Below, piece by piece: positions 16,138-25,358 of a DNA stretch of 64,000 bases. The notes beneath the pieces are model-generated. The model was not told the DNA's origin. It was given only the letters and a program-made list of their open reading frames with translations, and ran no database searches. Origin of the DNA: Planctomycetota bacterium (lineage in GTDB: Bacteria; Planctomycetota; B15-G4; SIAN01); contig DAINBU010000005.1 of NCBI GenBank assembly GCA_036732755.1, positions 3,872 to 67,871 on the forward strand, written 5' to 3'. Each line of letters starts with the position of its first letter. Within the stretch, counting starts at the first letter, position 1. The position numbers and the translations under genes were made by a program.

Positions 16138-18183
16138 TCACTTCGGGAAGACGACTTCGATGCCGGGCCGATCGAACCGCGCGCGCAGCAGCCGGCGGCC
16201 GTCGGTCACGATCAGCGACGACTCGGAATCGCAGCCGACCAGCTGCCGCCCCTCGGCCGCGCCCGCGTCGGCGACCTCGACCCGGCGCGCCGCGAGGTCG
16301 AAGCGCGCGAAGACGACGCGGCGCCACCGCGCATCGGCGATCGACACGACCGGAGCGCCCGACGGCGTGCGCGCGCGCACCTGCACGTGGGCCGACCTCC
16401 ACTCGCGCAGCTCTTCGGGCAGCGCGACCGGCTCGCGGTCGCCGGTCTTGGGATCGAGGAGCCAGAGCTCGGTGGCGACGTCGATCGGCGCCGCGACGCG
16501 GCGAGTGACGAAGAGCCGGCCGTCGTCGACCATCTCGCATGGCGCCTCGAACGAGTGCTCGTCGCTGCGCAGCCCGACGATCGGCGCCGCCGAACGCGTG
16601 TCGAGGTTCCAGCGCGACCACGGCATCCGGACCGCTTCGTACGAGCCTCCGCGGTCCGGAGTCGCGACGACGATGCACTCGCCGCAGCGGATCCAACTGA
16701 CGTGCTACGGCGGCAGTTCGAAGCGGCGCTCGCCGAGCACGTCGTATCCGGTCGTTGCGCCGAGCAGCATCCCTTGACCGCGCACCGTCGACATCCAGAC
16801 GCGCGCGAGGTCGGCGACGGGGGCGGAATCGGGCAGCACGCGCGTCGCGCCGCTCGCGTCACTTCGGACGATGTGGCCACGCTCGAGCCAGGCGCGACTT
16901 CCGTCCGGCAGCACGACCGAGTTCGCGAGCCGCTGGACGCGCGCGCCAAAGGCGTCGCCCGCGGTGAGGAACGGCTCGTCGACGTCGGCGCGGAGCGTCG
17001 CTCCGGTCTCCGCGTCGAGCAGCGGCAGCGCGATGTCCCCCGACAGCCACGCCCGGGCGCGGAACGGACCGCGCGCGGGCCGACGCGCCGGCGCGGCGAG
17101 ATCTTCGATCACGACGTAGGGAACGGTCGCCCAGTTCGAAACGCCGGGCGCCGCCTTCACGCGCGCGCCGACGCCGCCGACTTCGCTCCAAGTGGCGCTC
17201 GCGAGGTCGATCCGCAGCGGGTGCGTCGGCCCGTCGAGCTCGTCGTGCAAGTGGCGCCGGCCGAGGGTCGACGACGGCGCGGCGGCGCGAGCGTTCACGT
17301 ATGCGAAACGTCCGCTGGTCGCGACACAGGCGTCCTCGCCGTCGATGCGCAGCTCGCCTGCCGCCGGATCGAACCGCCGGTAGTCGACGACGCGCGTCGC
17401 GGTCCACGCATACCCCGGGAGGAACAGCACCAGCAGCGCGACCAGCCCGATCGCCCCCGCGCGCCACGGCCCGCGCTCGACGGCGCGCCCCTTCGCGAAC
17501 GAGAGCAGCGCGACGAGCGGCGCCGCGACGACGGCGGCGCGCAGCATCCAGCCGAACGCCGCGTCGGGGATGCGCAGCACGCCGAGCGCGCAGACGAGCG
17601 CGTCGTACTCGCTGTTCCGCAGCACTTCGCCGCCGCGCGCCCAGAAGCACGCCGCCGCGACCGGCGCGAGGAAGAGCGCGAGGACGAACACGGCGCCCGG
17701 AAGCGCGAGCGTCCCGCGCGGGAACCAGATCGAGACGGCGACCGACCAGAGCGGGACCAGGACCACGCCCTCGACGATCCGCTCGACGCCGACTTTCTTG
17801 TTCAGCGCAGGCGCCACTCCGTGGATCAGCCAAGTCGCCGACGCGCCGCAGCACCACGCCCAGCCGGTGAGCACGAGCGACACCGCCAGCAGGAACGTGT
17901 ACTTGGCCGCGAACGGCGGCCACCAGCCGCCCGGCGTGCGGCGCAGGAAGTCGAGCGTGCCGCGCCGCTCCTCGCCGGCGAACGCGTCGCCGAAGAAGGC
18001 GAGCGCCACCGTCGCGAACGTGAGCAGCGCTGCGAGGCCGGCGTCGTCCTCGCGGCCGACCCGGCTGCGCGGCACGACGAGCTCGAAGAGCAGCACGAGT
18101 ACGAAGCTCGCGACCGCGATCGCGCCGGCGATCCCGCGCTGCTCGCGCCACTCCTTCCACAGGCACGCGGCGAAGCGGTTCAC
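16138..18183 (-). pseudogene. ABC-2-type permease fusion paralog interrupted by one in-frame TAG at 16705-16707 (nonsense allele, sequencing error or readthrough)
   Basis: Track ORFs 16705..18978 and 16138..16626 are in the same frame. The sequence across the stop (RFELPP*HVSWIRCGECIVV) aligns with RFAVPEPLSVRWIHAGQCVV of the intact paralog, and homology continues to VVFPK. GTG start at 18183 overlaps the ATPase stop. Confidence 0.8.
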
Positions 18184-19022
18184 GGCACGACCCCGACCTC
18201 GCGACCTTCGCGCGATTCGCGCCGCGCGCTCTCGAGCGCGTCGCGCAACTTCGCCGGCGCCGAGCGCGCCGCAGCGTCCACCGCGTCGTCGCTCGATGCG
18301 CCATCGCGACCGCCAACATCGAGCACCTCTTCCAGCGTCCCGTGCTTGCGGATGCGCCCCTCCGCCAGGATCGCCACGCGATCCGCGACTCTCGCCACCA
18401 CGTCGAGGTCGTGCGTCGCGAGCAGGACCGTTCGCTCGCTTCCTCGCAACTCCCCGATGACACCGCGCAGCACCTCCTCGCGCACCAGCGGATCGAGCCC
18501 CGCGAACGGCTCGTCGAGCAGGAGCAGCGGCGGCCGCGGCGCGAGCGCCGCCGCGAGCATTGCCTTCATCCCTTCGCCGCGTGAGAAGGCCTTGAACGGC
18601 GTCCGCTCCGGAATCCTCAACTGTGCGACGAGCGCGTCGGCGTACGCGCGGTCCCACGTCGGGTACTGCGGCGCAAGGAAGCGGAAGAGGTCGCGCACGT
18701 TCATCCAGCCGTAGGCGTCGGGCTGCGCCGGCACGAAGCCGACGCGCTCGCGCAACGGACGCGGCTGCTTCAGCGGGTCGAAGCCGGCGACGGTGATCGT
18801 CCCGCCGTCGGGCGCAAGCACGCCGAGGGCGAGCTTCATCAGGGTCGTCTTGCCCTGGCCGTTCTCGCCGAGCAGCGCGGTCACCTGGCCGGGCGCGACC
18901 TCGAGGTCGACGCCGGCGAGGACCACACGCTTGCCGAAGCGCTTCTTCAGTCCCCGCGCGACCAGCCGCGGCGCGCACGCGGGCGCCACTTCGTCGCGCA
19001 TTCCGTCGACTTCGTGCTTCAT
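18180..19022 (-). CDS. ABC transporter ATP-binding protein (YtrB-like)
   Basis: Walker A GENGQGKTT, signature FSRGEGMK, Walker B LLLDEP and H-loop ATHD. Confidence 0.93.
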   Translation of the reverse strand: MKHEVDGMRDEVAPACAPRLVARGLKKRFGKRVVLAGVDLEVAPGQVTALLGENGQGKTTLMKLALGVLAPDGGTITVAGFDPLKQPRPLRERVGFVPAQPDAYGWMNVRDLFRFLAPQYPTWDRAYADALVAQLRIPERTPFKAFSRGEGMKAMLAAALAPRPPLLLLDEPFAGLDPLVREEVLRGVIGELRGSERTVLLATHDLDVVARVADRVAILAEGRIRKHGTLEEVLDVGGRDGASSDDAVDAAARSAPAKLRDALESARRESREGREVGVVP

Positions 19023-19441
19023 GACTTCACGTCCTGCCTCGTGGCCGCCTTCTTCCCGCCCTCGACCGGTTCCTGCGCCGCCAACGCCTCGACCAGATCC
19101 GCCAGCACCTCGGCCCCGTGCCCCGCCCGCAGCGCCTCGTGCAGCGCCTGCCGGAACGCCGCGAGCGTCGACTTCCTCCGCCGCGCTCGCGCGATGGAAG
19201 GCCCCTCCTCGCTCACGAAGACGCCGAGGCCGTTCCTGCCGACGACGACGCCGAGCTGCTCGAGGTCGCGCACCGCCTTCGCGGCGGTGTTGGGGTTGAC
19301 CAGCGCCTCGGCCGCGAGCGCGCGCACGCTCGGGAGCTGCGCGCCCGGCGCCAGCCGGCCGGTCGCGACGCGATCGAGCACCTGCTCGACCAGCTGCCGC
19401 GAGGGCGGGACGTCCGACGCCACGTCGACCTGATAGGCCAT
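19019..19441 (-). CDS. GntR family regulator, YtrA subfamily
   Basis: PPSRQLVEQV..G.L.PG.QLPSVRALAAEALVNPNTAAKA...LE..G......G.G.FV with a short C-terminus. It is the first gene of an ABC operon. Confidence 0.92.
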   Translation of the reverse strand: MAYQVDVASDVPPSRQLVEQVLDRVATGRLAPGAQLPSVRALAAEALVNPNTAAKAVRDLEQLGVVVGRNGLGVFVSEEGPSIARARRRKSTLAAFRQALHEALRAGHGAEVLADLVEALAAQEPVEGGKKAATRQDVKS

Positions 19442-19443
19442 GG

Positions 19444-19467
19444 ACCGTCCTATCGAACTAGGACGGT
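19444..19467. promoter_or_regulatory. Operator candidate ACCGTCCTA-N6-TAGGACGGT
   Basis: Perfect 9-bp inverted repeat starting 2 nt upstream of the GntR ATG. Confidence 0.7.
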
Positions 19468-19569
19468 GGACACCTTCAGTCGAATCGCGACGAAGCGATT
19501 GCGCGAGGTCGCAAGCCGACGTCGCGCAGCAATGCCGCGCGGCGCGGCGCGCCGCTCACCTCGCGCCAA

Positions 19570-20298
19570 TCACTCCTCGCGCTTCTGCGCCTCGAGCCAC
19601 TTCCACAGCTCCGGATCGTCGTACGCCTGCGTCCAGGAATCGTGCTGCGCTTCGGGATAGAGGGTGAGCTTCGGCTTCCCGCCGACGAGTTTGATCGCGT
19701 CGACCAGCTCCTGCGTCTTGGCGACCGGCACGATCGGGTCCTTGGCGCCGTGGAAGGCCCACACCCCCATGACCGCTATGCGCCGCACCATGAAGAAGTC
19801 GCCCCAGCCGCAGACGGGAACGGCCGCCGCGTAGAGCTCGGGCCGGATCGACGCGGCCATCCACGTCGCGTTGCCGCCCATGCTGACGCCGGTGATCCAG
19901 ACGCGCGTCGCGTCGACCTTCAGCGTCTTCAGCATCTCCTCGGTGAAGGCGTTCACCTCGATCGGGTTCCAGAGGAGGTGCGGCGACTGCGGCGCGACCA
20001 GGATGAACGGGAACTTGCGTCCCGCGGCGGCGAGCTTGGGCGGGCCGTGGCGCTCCACGCTTGCGAGGCGGCCGCCGACCTCACCGGCGCCGTGCAGGAA
20101 GACGAGCAGCGGCCACTTCTTGTCGTGAGCGGCGTAGCCCTCGGGCAGCCACTGCGCGTAGTTCCACTCGACGTGGAGCACGACGTCCTTGGCGAACTTC
20201 TTCTCCTCCGGCGGCGCGGCCGCCTGCAGCATGCACGCCGCCGCGATCGTCGCGCTCGCCGCCAGCACGGCCGCCGTCCCGAGGGTCCATCGTCCCAT
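19570..20298 (-). CDS. Exported alpha/beta hydrolase (predicted peptidase/phospholipase-carboxylesterase)
   Basis: Start ATG 20298 with GGAGG RBS and a signal peptide. Motifs PLLVFLHGAGE, GVSMGG nucleophile elbow, HGAKDPIV and HDSW. Confidence 0.85.
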   Translation of the reverse strand: MGRWTLGTAAVLAASATIAAACMLQAAAPPEEKKFAKDVVLHVEWNYAQWLPEGYAAHDKKWPLLVFLHGAGEVGGRLASVERHGPPKLAAAGRKFPFILVAPQSPHLLWNPIEVNAFTEEMLKTLKVDATRVWITGVSMGGNATWMAASIRPELYAAAVPVCGWGDFFMVRRIAVMGVWAFHGAKDPIVPVAKTQELVDAIKLVGGKPKLTLYPEAQHDSWTQAYDDPELWKWLEAQKREE

Positions 20299-20557
20299 CG
20301 TCCGTCCTCCACGAAAGTGGGGCGGGAGGATACGTCCGCTTGAAGGCGCGCTTCCGCGTGCGAACGCGAAGCTCCTTCGCGTCGCGGCGCCGCGATCCCT
20401 CCGGGGCGCGCGGAGAGCGGACCCTCCAGGGAAAACGCGCAACCGAAAGTCGATGCAGGTCGCGCCCGCCGTTGACGAGAGGAAGTCTCGGCGTGCATGC
20501 CCCGTCTCCGGACGGGACGCGTGCGCCACTCACCACGATCGACCTCCGGGATCCAAC

Positions 20558-21022
20558 ATGGTTCAGGTCCAAGCCTGCGGCAGACGCGAGCGGCACCGCT
20601 CGAGCGGCTTCACGATGATCGAAGTGCTGGTCGTCGCGACGATGCTCGCGATCGCGATCCTCGGCATGAGCCAGATCTCGCAGGTCTCGGCGGCGCTGCG
20701 CGTCGCGGGCCGGGAGAAGGCCGCGGCGGTGCGCACGCTCGATCGCGAAGTCGCGTCGATCCAGGCCACCAACTTCGCCTCGATCCCGGCGCGCTGGAAC
20801 AACACCGGCTTCGAGGTAACGCTCGAGGACAAGGGGCGCGCGATCCTCCACCCGCTCGCCGGCGACGTCGACGGCATGCCGGGCAACGTCGCCATCAGCG
20901 CGCCGAACGGCGACCCTTCGCAGCTCCTCGAGATCCGCGTCCGCATCGACTGGAACGGCACGCACGGGCCGCAGCACGTGCAGCGCACCGTCCGCCTTTC
21001 CGCGCTGGGAGCCGGGTCATGA
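20558..21022 (+). CDS. Prepilin-type N-terminal cleavage/methylation protein (PilV-like minor pilin)
   Basis: Class III signal RSSG|FTMIEVLVVATMLAIAILG. Confidence 0.85.
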   Translation: MVQVQACGRRERHRSSGFTMIEVLVVATMLAIAILGMSQISQVSAALRVAGREKAAAVRTLDREVASIQATNFASIPARWNNTGFEVTLEDKGRAILHPLAGDVDGMPGNVAISAPNGDPSQLLEIRVRIDWNGTHGPQHVQRTVRLSALGAGS

Positions 21023-21609
21023 GCCACGCGTCCCTTCAGCGGCGCCGCTGCCAGGCCGGCTTCAGCGTGCCCGAGCTCGCCGTCGCGCTTGCGATGGTGA
21101 GCGTCCTGCTCGCCGCCGGCATCTCGGCGTCGCACGGCGCGATCACCACGACCAACTCGATCGTCTCGCGTGACGCCGTCGATTCGGGGATCGCGCGTGC
21201 AATGCACCGGATCGAGGAGTTCCTCGTCTCGGCGAGCGAGGAGTCGCTCGAGGGCGTGCCGCTCGACGCCCAGGGCGTCTACGGCGTGCCCGAGCCGATG
21301 CAGGAGAACTTCGACTACTCCGACCTGCGCTTCCGCTCGATCGTCGGCTTCGCGGCGGGCGTGGTCGTGACCGACCCGCCGGCCGGCAACGCGCCGCGCC
21401 GCTTCTGGCGCGCGGTCTCCGGCCCCGACGCGGGGACGCTCTGGTTCGACAACGGACAGGGCGCGATCCCGCTGCTCACGGGGGTGACGTCGATGACGTT
21501 CCGCCGCCGCGGCCGCGAGATCGTGCTGCACATGTCGGTGCGCGGGTCGGACGACGGAACCGTCCTGACCGCCGAGAACGAATCGACCATCCGCCTGCTG
21601 ACGCCGTGA
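21019..21609 (+). CDS. Prepilin-type protein (PilW/GspJ-like minor pilin)
   Basis: QAG|FSVPELAVALAMVSVLLAAG. ATGA overlap with the previous gene. Confidence 0.8.
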   Translation: MSHASLQRRRCQAGFSVPELAVALAMVSVLLAAGISASHGAITTTNSIVSRDAVDSGIARAMHRIEEFLVSASEESLEGVPLDAQGVYGVPEPMQENFDYSDLRFRSIVGFAAGVVVTDPPAGNAPRRFWRAVSGPDAGTLWFDNGQGAIPLLTGVTSMTFRRRGREIVLHMSVRGSDDGTVLTAENESTIRLLTP

Positions 21610-22763
21610 AGGAGAGCGACTTGCAGTCACCGAAGCGATTGCGCCGGCGGCACGAAGGGACGAAGGGCAGCGCTGCCCTCGTCTGCCTGACCGCCCTCCT
21701 CCCGCTCGTGGTCGCGGGCGGGACGATGCTCGCCGTGGTCGTGCGCGGCCGCACGGCGCTCGAGACCGAGCTCGCCAAGAAGTCGGCGGCCGACGCCGCC
21801 TCGTCGGGCGCGCAGGACGCGCTCGCGAAGCTGCAGGGCGACCCCGACTTCACGGGGAGCTACGACGTCGACGTCGGCGGGACGCCGGCGCGCGTGACGA
21901 TCACGTCGTGGATCGACGACAAGGTCGACAACGACGAGCTGAACGGCGTCGACGACCCGGGCGAGGCGGGCTTCGTCGAGATCGGCACCGAGGCGTGGGT
22001 CAACGTCGTGACCGACGGCAACGGCAACCGCATCGACGTGCCGTCGCGCCGCTTCCGCGGGAGCGCCGACGTGCTGCTGAAGCGGCTCGACGCGAACGTC
22101 GCGATCGCGCAATCGGCCTACGTCGACGACGAACTCTCCGACGTCGACTTCCAGGACGCCCCCTTCACGATCAGCGGCGTCGACACCAACCTCGACGGCA
22201 GCGCGGGACCGCTGCCGGACATCCCGGGCATCGGCGTGCCGGGCGACCCGGCGGCGATCTCCGCGCAGGTCGCGGCCAACGCCTCCGCCAGCGTCCTCGG
22301 CAGCGGCGGCTCGCCGAGCGTCGTCACGGTCGCCGAGACCGACGTGCTCACGCTCATGAACCACTTCATCAAGGCGGCGACGATCCACTTCAACGGGACC
22401 GACGACGATGCGACCGGTGCGCTCGGTGACCTCGCGACCATGACGCCGGCGATCGCCCACGCGCACGGCAACCTGAGGCTGCACGGCGGCGTGACCGGCT
22501 GCGGCATGCTGCTCGTCGACGGCGACCTCGTGATCGACGACAAGTTCGACTACGCCGGCCTCGTCTTCGCGCGCGGCTCGATCACGTTCACCGGCGAGGG
22601 CGGGAAGTCGCTGCACGGCGCGCTGCTCACCACCGGGGCGATCCTCGGCAAGGACCTGCACGGCGTCGAGCGCGTCACCGTCGAGTACAGCTCGAGCGTG
22701 CTGACGACCGTCTCGACGAAGCTCGCGAACAGCTACGTGCTGGTCTCCTGGACGCAGCGATGA
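21606..22763 (+). CDS. PilX/GspK-like pilus assembly protein
   Basis: KG|SAALVCL-type N-terminus without Glu5, an AxxAAxSG helix, and a Gly-rich beta C-terminus (GCGMLLVDGDLVI..YAGLVFARG). GTGA overlap. Confidence 0.7.
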   Translation: MKESDLQSPKRLRRRHEGTKGSAALVCLTALLPLVVAGGTMLAVVVRGRTALETELAKKSAADAASSGAQDALAKLQGDPDFTGSYDVDVGGTPARVTITSWIDDKVDNDELNGVDDPGEAGFVEIGTEAWVNVVTDGNGNRIDVPSRRFRGSADVLLKRLDANVAIAQSAYVDDELSDVDFQDAPFTISGVDTNLDGSAGPLPDIPGIGVPGDPAAISAQVAANASASVLGSGGSPSVVTVAETDVLTLMNHFIKAATIHFNGTDDDATGALGDLATMTPAIAHAHGNLRLHGGVTGCGMLLVDGDLVIDDKFDYAGLVFARGSITFTGEGGKSLHGALLTTGAILGKDLHGVERVTVEYSSSVLTTVSTKLANSYVLVSWTQR

Positions 22764-23623
22764 GCGCGCTGCGACGCCCGCTGCGACGCCTCTGCGGCGT
22801 GCTGCTCGCCGGCGCGGCGCTCGCCACGCCCGCGCGCGGCGACGAAGCCGCCACCGTGCCGCACGTGCTCTGGAAGTCGGGCGAGCAGCGCTTCTCCGGC
22901 TGGCGCGTCGCGGCGGGCGACGACGGTTCGGTCGCGATCGCGACCGACGCCGGCGAGCTGCGCGTCGTCGCGAAGGGCGACGAGCTCGAGGAGATCGCCC
23001 GCGTCGACGGGCCGGTCTCCAGCGTGCCGAGCGGCGCGCTCGCGCAGGGGCTCGGCCACGCCGAGGAGAAGGTGCGCGACCGCTGCCAGGCGCTGCTGCG
23101 CGCCCAGAAGGAGCTCGCCTTCCCGGCGCTCGCGACGGCGCTCGAGGACGATGCGGTCGAGGCGCGCTTCCGCGCGCTCGAGCTGCTGATCCGGCTGCCG
23201 CCCTACCCCAAGCTCACCGACGGCGTGCGCCGCCGCCTCGCCGATCCCGACGAGGCGGTGCGCAAGATCGCGCTGCGCGTCTACGCGCAGCTCGCGCCCG
23301 ACGACCTCTTCGAGCGCGTCTGCTGGGTGCTCGACCACGACGACGCCCCCGCCGTCGAGCACGAGGCGATCGTCCAGGTCGGGCGCACCAAGGACCCGCA
23401 CGGCGTCGACGTCCTCCTCGACCACCTCGTCGACCTGGAAGCGCGCAGCCTGCGCGTCGCGACCTTCGACGCGCTGCGCCGCCTGACCGCACGCGATTTC
23501 GGTCGTGACGAAGAGGCGTGGCGCGCCTGGTGGACCAACCACAGGAAGGAGATCGTCGGCGCCGACGATCCGCCGCCGCCGCCCTCGACGCGCAAGCGGT
23601 CCAAGAAGGTCGCGAGCCGCTGA
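22760..23623 (+). CDS. Exported HEAT-repeat protein
   Basis: Signal peptide and repeated helical units (L.D.D..VR..AL, VR..A..AL..L, W.AWW). ATGA overlap. Confidence 0.75.
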   Translation: MSALRRPLRRLCGVLLAGAALATPARGDEAATVPHVLWKSGEQRFSGWRVAAGDDGSVAIATDAGELRVVAKGDELEEIARVDGPVSSVPSGALAQGLGHAEEKVRDRCQALLRAQKELAFPALATALEDDAVEARFRALELLIRLPPYPKLTDGVRRRLADPDEAVRKIALRVYAQLAPDDLFERVCWVLDHDDAPAVEHEAIVQVGRTKDPHGVDVLLDHLVDLEARSLRVATFDALRRLTARDFGRDEEAWRAWWTNHRKEIVGADDPPPPPSTRKRSKKVASR

Positions 23624-23663
23624 CGCGTATCCTGATCCGCTTCGTCTTCCACGGAGCGGGACC

Positions 23664-24515
23664 ATGCGGATCGCGCTTGCCCAGTCGGACGTCGCGATCG
23701 GCGACGTCGAATTCAACCTCGCGCACCTGCGCGAGCGCGTCGCCGGCGCGGCGCACGGCGGCGCGGAGCTGGTCGTCTTCCCCGAGTGCTTCCTCACCGG
23801 CTATGCGTTCTCGTCGCCGGCCGACGTGCAGCGCGTGGCGCTCGAGGTGCCCGGCGCCGTGACCGGCGAGCTCGTGAAGGTCGCGCAGGAGAAGGGCGTC
23901 CACCTCGTGGTCGGATTGATCGAGCGCGCGACTGGCGGGAACGGGAAGCAGTGCTTCAACACGGCGCTGCTGGTCGGGCCCGACGGCATCGCGCTGCACT
24001 ACCGCAAGCTCCACCTGCCGGTGCTCGGCTGCGACCGCTTCGTCGCGCCGGGCGACATTCCGCTGTCCATTGCAAGTACGCCGCTCGGGCGGATCGGCCT
24101 TTCGATCTGCTACGACGGCAGCTTCCCGGAGACGGCGCGCGTGCTGAAGCTGCGCGGCGCGCAGCTCGTCGTGCTGCCGACCAACTGGCCCGAGCAGGCG
24201 ACGGTGTCGCGCCGCTTCCAGTCGATGGTGCGCGCCTTCGAGAACCACGTGAACTACGTCGCGTGCAACCGGATCGGGAGCGAGGGGGGCTTCAAGTTCC
24301 CCGGCGGCAGCCAGGCGGTCGACTTCACGGGACACATCGTCGCGCAAGGCGGTGACGGCGCGGAGCTCCTCTTCGCCGAACTCGACCTCGCGCGCGCCGA
24401 CGACAACCGGACCGTCCTCGTCGCCGGCGAATACGAGCTCGACCGCATCGCGCACCGCCGACCCGAGCACTACGGCGCGCTGGTCGAGCCGCCGCGGCCG
24501 GCACGCGCGGGCTGA
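23664..24515 (+). CDS. Carbon-nitrogen hydrolase (nitrilase/amidase family)
   Basis: Start ATG 23664 with GGAG RBS. Catalytic triad in FPEC, YRKLHL and ICYD. Confidence 0.9.
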   Translation: MRIALAQSDVAIGDVEFNLAHLRERVAGAAHGGAELVVFPECFLTGYAFSSPADVQRVALEVPGAVTGELVKVAQEKGVHLVVGLIERATGGNGKQCFNTALLVGPDGIALHYRKLHLPVLGCDRFVAPGDIPLSIASTPLGRIGLSICYDGSFPETARVLKLRGAQLVVLPTNWPEQATVSRRFQSMVRAFENHVNYVACNRIGSEGGFKFPGGSQAVDFTGHIVAQGGDGAELLFAELDLARADDNRTVLVAGEYELDRIAHRRPEHYGALVEPPRPARAG

Positions 24516-24569
24516 CGCGGCGGCTGCCGCCAACACTCGTCAGCGGCGGCCGCCGGCGCACGCGGTGCG

Positions 24570-25199
24570 TCACACTCCGCCCGACTTCGCGGCCGGCTTC
24601 CCGCCTGACTTCTCCGGCGCCTTCTCCGGCGCGGGCGGCGCGGCGGGCGGGCCCTTGAACGGCACGCGCGAGCCGCGGTGGTGCTCGAGAGGGACGGCGA
24701 GCGGCGTGAACGTGCCGCCGAACGACGCGCCGCCCGGCAGGGGTTGGTAGAGCTCGATCGAGATCTGGCCGATCGGCGCCGGGAATCCGGGGACGGCCGG
24801 CTGCTCGCTCGGCGTGATCGTCGCGATGCAGAGGATCGTGCCGACGTCGTCGGGGACGAACGCGAGCGGCGCGTGCGGCGCGGCGGCCTCCTTCCCCTCC
24901 TTCGCCTTGGCAAAGCCCGCCCGCATCGACGCCATCACCCCCTGGTGGACGTCGCTCCGGTACCACGTGAGGAGCGACTCCTTGTCCTGGAACCACGCGA
25001 AGATCGCGAGCTTTCCCGACTCGAAGCCGCCGGTCTCGACGCCGAGGCAGCCGGGCGAGGTCTTCAGCGCGGCGACGAGCTCGCCACCCACGTCCTGGAG
25101 GCCCGGCGGGCCGCCCTTCCCTTCCTGGGCGACGGTCGACGCGGCGACGAGCGACCCGCCGAGCACGAGCGCGCCGGCGAGGAGAAGGAGTCGGGACAT
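24570..25199 (-). CDS. Exported hypothetical protein, possibly ABM/dimeric alpha-beta barrel fold
   Basis: Signal peptide from ATG 25199. FAWFQDKESLLTWYRSDVHQ resembles ABM-like W..........H spacing. The fold call is weak. Confidence 0.5.
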   Translation of the reverse strand: MSRLLLLAGALVLGGSLVAASTVAQEGKGGPPGLQDVGGELVAALKTSPGCLGVETGGFESGKLAIFAWFQDKESLLTWYRSDVHQGVMASMRAGFAKAKEGKEAAAPHAPLAFVPDDVGTILCIATITPSEQPAVPGFPAPIGQISIELYQPLPGGASFGGTFTPLAVPLEHHRGSRVPFKGPPAAPPAPEKAPEKSGGKPAAKSGGV

Positions 25200-25358
25200 C
25201 CGCACGGGAGTTCTCCGGAATCGGGACCGCGCGACGAGCCGGCTCGCGCGGGAGAAGTGGTTCCTCGTGTCCCGGTTCGGAGGTCGTCCCGTTTTCGCCA
25301 CGGAATTCCGGCGGAGTCTTTTGCGGCGCGGCGCGGCGCGCGGCGCGCGCTGCGGGCG

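Noticed and set aside
16705-16707. Genome-wide TAG reassignment as the explanation for the amber codon
   Set aside because: TAG ends the DUF1579 gene at its expected C-terminus and ends the 50555 GT gene. Only one internal TAG was found.
25201-25220. GGGAGTTCTCC near two starts (also GGAGAACTCCC at 41887-41897)
   Set aside because: The two copies are in opposite orientation relative to their genes, overlap the SD, and are too short to distinguish from chance.
25323-25350. (GCGGC)n run after the kinase gene
   Set aside because: Short low-complexity GC tract with no evidence for a contingency locus.
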